Shown here in pieces: positions 50,964 through 58,781 of a DNA stretch of 58,781 nucleotides. Below the pieces are notes generated by a model. That model worked only from the letters and a program-made list of their open reading frames with translations, ran no database searches and was not told the DNA's origin. Made by a program: the position numbers and the translations under genes. Every line of letters begins with the position of its first letter. Position 1 is the stretch's first letter. The DNA comes from Octopus bimaculoides (taxonomy: Eukaryota): NCBI RefSeq assembly GCF_001194135.2, contig NC_068991.1:80538877-80597657 (forward strand), read 5' to 3'.

Positions 50964-51774
50964 GTAGATGTAATTGTGTGTGTGTGTGTGTGTGCGTATA
51001 CATTTATATATATATATGCATGTGTGTCTTGCGTAATCTTTCTGATCCACCTTTTCTTTCTGTCCACCAATTTCTACCAATTTTATAAACCCCCACCACC
51101 ATCACCATTAAATGAGAATGGACTCTTCCAACCTATCACAATTCACTGAAGCTTCTACTACTTACGTTCAGGAGCCACTTTAATCTCACATCTTAATCTC
51201 GGCCATTATTTTTGTTGTATTCGGCAAGCCTCTTTCCTTTCCTTGGCGCCCAACCAGTTTCTGTTGACTCATCTGCTCACCTCCACCATTCCTATAAGAT
51301 ACTCTGAGTTAATGTAAGCACCAAAGCCAGTGACAAATCTTCTTGTGTGGCTACTTGATCTGTTAGAAATAGCTGATAAATCTTCATCAAATTATATTCT
51401 AGCTTCTTAAAAGCAAGGAACATGTTGGGTTTCCCGGCACATAGGAAAGAAAGAAAAACAGAAAGATGGGATGGTTACATTTGGAATGTCTTTAGAAATG
51501 TCTTGTACACTTGTGGCCAGGCAATAGCAATGACAGCAACAACTCTTTGTTGAGTAAACAAGAATGATTCTAAGACCTGTCTTTGTAACAGCCAAAGTCT
51601 TTCGACTGCTTATTCTGCTGTAATGCTTTTATAACCATATTCCTGTTGAAACGAATTGTTTGTTTCTTTTAATTTTGAAAATGATGAAAAGTTTAGAAAA
51701 ATAATTTCAGTGTTATTTGTTTGGAAAAAAAATGAACAAGAAATCTTGATGGAAGGTTTTAACTTAGATCACTT

Positions 51775-51970
51775 CAACCCTTTAACATTTAAACATCTAA
51801 CTCAAATATTCTACCTTGTTTTAGGTTCAAGCTGGTCGGATCTGGCCTCTCAAACCTACCCAGCAATGTCATTCTAAAAGCAAATGATCACACCAAAATG
51901 TCAAAGCTATGAGATAATGCATGATTAAATGTCAAAGCAAAGCAGATAAAACCTTAATGCTAAAGGGTTA
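51775..51970. mobile_element. piggyBac-like MITE
   Basis: TCAA|CCCTTTAACATT ... AATGCTAAAGGG|TTAA (CCC/GGG ends, TTAA-like site). Confidence 0.75.
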
Positions 51971-52094
51971 AATCAGGAAGTTTGTACCAAAGAAGCAGAA
52001 ATGGTTTTAGGCATCGAAACACTTAGAATAGTTTCCTGAGTTATTCCTTGGTTTGGCCCCTTTTATCATAAGAAATAGTACAAGAGCTTACTCT

Positions 52095-52254
52095 GCGTGA
52101 TGAGTGGAGGAAAGAAGTTTGCTTCCCAACGATAGGGTTCTGGGTTCAATTGCACTGTGTAGCACCTTGGGCAAGTGTTTTCTACCATAGACCCAGGCTG
52201 ACCAAAGTTTTGTGAATGGATTCTGTCAGCAGAAACTGAAAGAAGCCTTTCATT

Positions 52255-52286
<32 letters not shown>

Positions 52287-52520
52287 TATTGTTTCGTTGC
52301 CTTGACAACACATGATAGTCATAAACAAGTGTCATCACCATGCAAATGGTGTCTGTTTTTTTGCCAATCTTCCATGAAAAACATGTCACAGCGAAATATT
52401 ATTTCCTTGCTTGGAAACAGATGGAGGTTTGGTGACAGGAAAGGCGTCCAGCCAATGGAAATCCACCTCAACAACCTATGCAAACACAGAAAAGTGGACA
52501 TAGAGATGATGGTGATGCTA
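52095..52520 (+). mobile_element. CORE-type SINE with (GAT) tail
   Basis: GGGTTCAATTGCACTGTGTAGCACCTTGGGCAAGTGTTTTCTACC ... GAAAAGTGGACATAGAGATGATGGTGATG. Confidence 0.85.
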
Positions 52521-53258
52521 TGGCAAATAACAGACCCAAAATACAGGAAAGAAAAAGGTTGGATCAGCTCATGCTCCATTTGACCTTGAAGGGAAGGGAA
52601 AGAGTTGATGGCTGTAATATTTTGGATATTGTCTTTTGGATAATGGAAATGGAGACGGTTAGCTGTGAAGAAACTGGAAACAGCAGAAAGAGTCAAAAAG
52701 TGGGGAAAGAAACTTTCCGAGGAGAGCAGCCATAGTCTACATGTTTGACCACTGTCTGACTAGAACAAGGTGTAAGCTAAATGGGGGTAACATGCATATA
52801 TAGATATAGACATAGATATATATACATACATATATATATACATAGATAAATATTCGTATCTGCTATAGGCATAATCCAAAGTCAACCTTGGTGGAATTTA
52901 AACTCAGAGCATAAAGACAGACAAAATGCCATTAGACATTTTATCTGGTGTTCTCACGGTTCTGCCAGATCACTGCCTTCATAAATTCTAACAAGGAGAA
53001 TGGAGTGAGCCACGTGTTCCATTGCCACAATGATACAATTATTTCATTGACACTTTACCAGAAGATTACGGAATATTATTATACAAGATAATACATTGTG
53101 TCCACCATACTGGCAAATGTCATCCTTTCAGGTACAAGTGGCAACTTAGATGCTGAACTAACCTTTATTTCACAGAATACATCCTTTGTGTCAGTGATGT
53201 CATACTCGTTTCATTAGCAAATCATAATTAAGACAAAAGCAAACTACAAGCATAATTA

Positions 53259-53310
<52 letters not shown>

Positions 53311-54399
53311 GCATATGCACATATGCTGTTGATGTGACCCTGATGTTCTGGTGATTCAATGAGCTCTCTCTCTCCCCCTCCCCCCGCTCTCTGTAACTGT
53401 CTTTGTATGTATGTATGTATGTATGTATGTGTGTATGTGTGTAAATCCAAATTGAGGGAATGCAGCAGGCAAAATCCAGGCTTTTTACCAGTTTATTGGA
53501 TTTCATTATGGGAAAAATCTACAATCTTCTACACCAATAAACTATTATTGTTTCTGAAAGTTGTTTTTTATACCAACCATGGACTGCTTGAAACTTACCA
53601 ACATCCTACACCTAGATCCTTGGACCTTACAATTACATATCATTATATATATATATATATATATAACTTGTAGCCCACTTTAACACCACTGCCTGACCCT
53701 TGGGTGTTTTTAGCAGAATCCACTCTGTCAGAACCATTCATGCTGGTTCTGTAATCAGTAGAAAACTTTTTTTTCCTTGTTCCATTAATCTCAGAGACCC
53801 TGGAACACTCATGTACATTGCTTTTCACCCTCTGATTGAGGGATTGTAAAATGAAGTAAAACAAGTCATAAAATTGCATAAGCGTTCCCTCTTTATGCAG
53901 CATTATGCATGCTGTGCAGTTTAGCATTTTAGATTTTTCTCGGATATTTTTTCCACATCAGAGAGGTGTTATTTGCAAATTCACACTTGTTTCCATTCAG
54001 GCTTTTTTTTTTTTATTGCATATCAAAAAATTATTTTAGGCTTTTTTTTTTACCTTTCAGAAACTATTAATTGTAGTCATGAATTTATTGGTTAACTCTT
54101 TTGATACCAAATCACTTGAGACTAAATTTGGTTCTATGATGCAAAATTGTCCATTTTAAAGTATTTATATTCATGTTGAAAAAAAAAGCAAAACTTTCAT
54201 CATTTTTGCATGAACCAGAATATTTTTAAAGTTAGATTCTATCCCAAACACCACCTTTATATTGACAAAATTTTAGTTATTTTGATAAATTCCTGCAAAT
54301 TCTTTATAGCACAGAGACATTCTAGACTGCATCTAAAAAAGGACCACTTGACTCATAGACATATTCTAGCCCCTAACTCATGGGCATAATGTCTCTTCA

Positions 54400-54650
54400 G
54401 AACTGGCAGTCTATGAACTTGTACCATCTCTACTCAGGCATTTCTAGCCCGCATATCTCTCCTCCTCTCATCACCCCTGTTGTGTCCAACCCCAAACCCT
54501 AACCCTGCAATAATCACAACGTCCAGTATTTCTTTCCCAGAACACCATCTCTCTGGAATTTGTTCTCTGCTCATGTCTTTTTCCCACGGGTTTTCACTTA
54601 CAAAAGTTCAAGAGGAACATTACTAGTATCACCCTCTCTAGACCATGGGC
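54400..54650 (+). mobile_element. CR1/Jockey-like LINE 3' end
   Basis: YFFPRTPSLWNLFSAHVF resembles the SFFPRTxxLWNxLP terminus. Confidence 0.65.
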
Positions 54651-54974
54651 ACTGTCCCCTCCTTTAGACCCAGCAACAATACAAAAAAATATAAATCAAT
54701 CAAAAAACAGGATAATGTATATTTCAATAAGAATATCTTCGTGAAAGGTTTAAGATTTTAGCTTTAGATCCAGAAGTTCTGCCAAAATGTGAGCAGGCAT
54801 CTTTGGTCGCAAGAGTTAAAATCAAAATCAATTATAAGAGAAAGATTTTCTATGATTGAGGGTAATTTCAGAGCCATGTTTTCAGCCAATTTTGTCATAT
54901 TTTCCTGGAGATTTTTGTCTACAAAGGTGTAGAAAAAAGGAAACAGAGAATTTGTGAGATATGAGACAGAATAG

Positions 54975-55915
54975 AATTTAGAAAGATAAGAATAGCCTGG
55001 GCCAAGTTTAGAGAGCTCTTACCTCTGCTGGCGACAAAGGGACTCTCACTCAGAGTAAAAGGCAGACTGTATGACGCATGTGTACGAACAGCCATGCTAC
55101 ATGGCAGTGAAACATGGGCTGTGACTGCTGAGGACATGCGTAAGCTCGCAAGGAATGAAGCCAGTATGCTCCGCTGGATGTGTAATGTAAATGTGCATAC
55201 CCATCAGAGTGTAAGTATCTTGAGAGAAAAGTTGAACATAAGAAGCATCAGTTGTGGTGTGCAAGAGAGACGATTGTGCTGGTTTGAACATATGGTGAGA
55301 ATGAATGAGGNNNNNNNNNNNNNNNNNNNNNNNNNNNNNNNNNNNNNNNNNNNNNNNNNNNNNNNNNNNNNNNNNNNNNNNNNNNNNNNNNNNNNNNNNN
55401 NNNNNNNNNNNNNNNNNNNNNNNNNNNNNNNNNNNNNNNNNNNNNNNNNNNNNNNNNNNNNNNNNNNNNNNNNNNNNNNNNNNNNNNNNNNNNNNNNNNN
55501 NNNNNNNNNNNNNNNNNNNNNNNNNNNNNNNNNNNNNNNNNNNNNNNNNNNNNNNNNNNNNNNNNNNNNNNNNNNNNNNNNNNGTACCATCCTGAGCGTG
55601 ACCATTGCCAGTACCGCCTGACTGGCTTTGTAGGGTTTTCGAGCGAGATCGTTGCCAGTGCCCCTGGACTGGCTCTTGTGCGGGTGGCACATAAAAGACA
55701 CCATTTCGAGCGTGACCGTTTTCGTGCGGGTGACACGTAAAAGCACCCACTACACTCTGAGTGGTTGGCGTTAGGAAGGGCATCCAGCTGTAGAAACTCT
55801 GCCAAATTAGATTGGAGCCTGGTGTTGCCATCCGGTTTCACCAGTCCTCAGTCAAATCATCCAACCCATGCTAGCATGGAAAGCGGACGTTAAACGATGA
55901 TGATGATGATGATGA
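54975..55915 (+). mobile_element. young RTE LINE 3' portion spanning an N-gap, with 3'UTR and (GAT)n tail
   Basis: IRIAWAKFRELLPLLATKGLSLRVKGRLYDACVRTAMLHGSETWAVTAEDMRKLARNEASMLRWMC...ERRLCWFEHMVRM; CpG-retaining 3'UTR ending GGACGTTAAACGATGATGATG. Confidence 0.95.
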
Positions 55916-56679
55916 ATTAACCAGGATTTATATAAGAATACACAAAAAGAAAAAAGAAACAAGGAAAGGGAAATGGCATGCTACACAAATACCAAAGCAA
56001 ACAGAAATCTATCAAGAAAAAGTAAAATATATCAAAATATTTTTTATATATTTACTTTTTTAGAGGCATTTTTTTTTTTTGTAAAACCAGATTATAAAAG
56101 TCTCAATATAACCAAGATGTATTTGAATGAAATGAAAAGTTTTAATCATTGAATCTTAATATCAAACCTAGTTTAAAAGAAATGTTAAAATTCAATAACT
56201 ACAAAATATTCAAAATTTGAAATTTTTACAGGATCTAAATACCATTAAAAAAAAATTAATTATGCAAATAGTCATGAAAATATAAATAATTAAAATGAAA
56301 AAAAATTTCCCCATTAGGCCTTAAAATCGATTGGTCATTGTTTTATTGAGCTATTGTTCAAAGCTTCACACGAACTGGTGGTCTTTAAAAATATTAATGA
56401 AGAAATCTTTCAAAAATGGCAGCATTGGTTCCTGACATTTAGCATTATGAGGCAGCATGTGTGTTAATAATCCTGCTTCTATTTAGACAGATCCATTTCA
56501 CATTCAGAGGATCAGTGATGTTTCATTTCACTGTTGTAGTTTTTCAGGAAGAATTTGTCCTTGTGGTAACATTTGGATGCAATCTTGTTTTAGTTTTGGT
56601 GATTTTTTTTCATTCAGCTTATCAAATTGCTAGGCTACGACCATAATGGAGCATTATTTTTTAGTCTTCCACTTTTTTT

Positions 56680-56850
56680 ACTTGTTCCAGTCACTGGACT
56701 GCAGGAATTTTGGGGCACTTCTTGTATGATTTTGTTTGTAGTTCTAGTTCTTACTTTACTCTATCAGTTCCTTTTCTTGAACTGCTAAGTTATAGGGATG
56801 TAAACAAATCAACACTGGTTGTCAGGTGATGGGTGGTGACAAACACACAC
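56680..56850 (-). mobile_element. 3' half of CORE-type SINE, decayed
   Basis: TTACTTGTTCCAGTCACTGGACTGCAG ... CTAAGTTATAGGGATGTAAACAAATCAACACTGGTTGTCAGGTGATGGG. Confidence 0.75.
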
Positions 56851-57814
56851 ACACACACACATACATATCTGTCTGTCTGTTTCACTTTCTAGCTGTCAAT
56901 TTTTCTATTTGTGAGTCTGTCTGTCAGTCTGTCTATCTATCTATGTCACCAGTGCTGGTGCCACACTAAGCACTTAGTACAGAAGGGTTTGGCAAACTGA
57001 ATTCACCAACAGCACCACAGGGTTTGAAAAGGGATTTTAGTTTTTGCCAATGGCAAGGAAACCTCTTTTTTGTGCTGGTGCCATGAAAATTTGCAGTTTT
57101 ACAGTCCACTCTGTGAAATGGTTGCTGAGGGGAAGAGCATCCGGCCATAGAAATTGTGCCGAAACGAAGGTATTGGAGCAAGTAGTCTCTTTCAATTCAC
57201 TGTCTCCTGTTGAACAGTCCCGCTCATGGCAGCATGGAAATGGATGTAAAACGGTAATGAGGAGGATGATGAGGAGGAGAAGGAGTGTTGGTGGTGCTGT
57301 AAAAGTCCATGGGTCAATCCCCCCCCCCTCATTTGCAACAAGGATAGCTACAGGAAATATATAAGAGGAGAAGAATAAACATCTCAAGTTCTTGTTAAAT
57401 GATGTTTCTTAGAATTTTTTCATCCTTCACTGAACAAAATGAAGTTAATATCCAACAGCTCTTTGTGTGCCAACATTGATATTTTGTTATGAAGTTTAAC
57501 TGATTATATAAAGGACAATGATGATGATGAGGATGATGATGATGATATATATATATATAAATACATATAGGTACAATATATGTATGCTTGTAGGTATGTT
57601 GTGTGTGGATATATATATATATATAAATGTTTAAGCATATAATATGTATTATATTGGTATGAACATATGTGTGTGTGTGTGTGTATATGCACACACGTGT
57701 GTATGCAAGTGTATATAGACACATACATACACACACACATCTGCCGATGGCATACTGCCCTACCTTTCCTCCTTCTCACTCTCTCAGTTCAACAACAACA
57801 ACAACAACAACAAC

Positions 57815-58510
57815 AAGCTGCACTTTCCCAATCCAAACACCGAGACAACATCATTTCCAATGAATGCACATTGGATGAAAGGATTCCAAACCACCTCAGA
57901 CAGGCATCGGCAGCCATTGGAAGGTGAGTACTTCCAAAGAACCAATCACTTCAGCCTTCATACTAAGGTTCCAGTCTCTCAAGTAATCTCTTCTTCCCCT
58001 ATTTTCTATATGTTTGAGACTTGGGCCACGTCCGTCTGGCATATTAAGACAATGGAGTTTTTTAAGCCCCCACCTCACCCCCACTGTCTTCATAGGATCG
58101 TTTCTATCACCTGGTGTGATAGGATCACTCATAAAGAAATCTTCTATCAAACACCGACACCTGTACTATTGAATCTGTTCTATACACAGAGCATGAATTG
58201 TGACAACTCAGGTGTATAGAACACAGGTATGTTATACGTATGGTGTGGCCAGCAGCAACAATGTCAACACGTGATTGTTGGATCAAAAAAAGAGGTTCAA
58301 AGACCAGCAGAAAAACTACTTTGAGTGAAACATTAATGCATCAGGAGTGCAAGACATCATTCCTACATGTTTTCAATTCTGGCAATCTCTCTATAAAATG
58401 GGGATTGAAGATGTCAAAGAAAAAAAGAACATTTACAAGCAGAGGCAAGAAGAATGGCATACTCACGTAGAGGGATCCAAGTTTTACTCTGCATCTATGT
58501 GTCCTTGCTA
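57815..58510 (+). mobile_element. RTE (BovB-like) LINE ORF2 3' remnant
   Basis: IISNECTLDERIPNHLRQASAAIGR, FETWATSVWHIKTME, CLHRIVSITWCDRITHKEI and QKKRFKDQ. Confidence 0.85.
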
Positions 58511-58604
58511 GTTTCTCTTGGAAGTGCCAAATGTGTTTTTATTGTTTATCTTCAATATCCTTCTTGAAGGGTGATTAAATCTGCTAAAATGAAGAGCACG
58601 GAGC

Positions 58605-58755
58605 TTCTTTCAGTTTCCACCTACCAAATCCACTCGCAAGGCTTTGGTCTGCCCAAGGCTATAGCAGAAGACACCTGCCCAAGGTGTCACGCAGTGGGAC
58701 TGAACCCGGAACTATGTGATTGGGAAGCAAGCTTCTTACCACACAGCCACACCTA
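58605..58755 (-). mobile_element. 5' half of CORE-type SINE
   Basis: TTCTTTCAGTTTCCACCTACCAAATCCACTCGCAAGGC...CTTCTTACCACACAGCCAC. Confidence 0.9.
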
Positions 58756-58781
58756 TATTATATATATATATATATATATAT

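Overview
AT-rich, microsatellite-saturated animal DNA with about ten N-gaps. The repeat complement (tRNA-derived CORE-type and Meta/MESC-domain SINEs with internal (TG)n, RTE LINEs with (GAT)n tails, Penelope-like pieces) points to a coleoid cephalopod, probably Octopus; this is an inference. No protein-coding gene could be confidently identified, and most listed ORFs are microsatellite or retroelement artefacts. Recognisable content: an 18-bp variant minisatellite (1-1746), a decayed coding region interrupted by a hAT MITE (about 2.4-4.05 kb), many SINEs, LINE remnants (RTE, Tx1-like, CR1-like, R4/Dong-like), a mariner transposase remnant and several MITEs. The window splits into CpG-depleted flanks and a CpG-retaining core (about 22.6-35.2 kb). 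That core contains candidate 5' exons and a dense, patterned cluster of nuclear-receptor AGGTCA elements (DR1/DR3/DR5), which is the most interesting signal. A second notable structure is a 1.6-kb unit bounded by about 220-bp inverted arms. TE boundaries are approximate unless TSDs are quoted.
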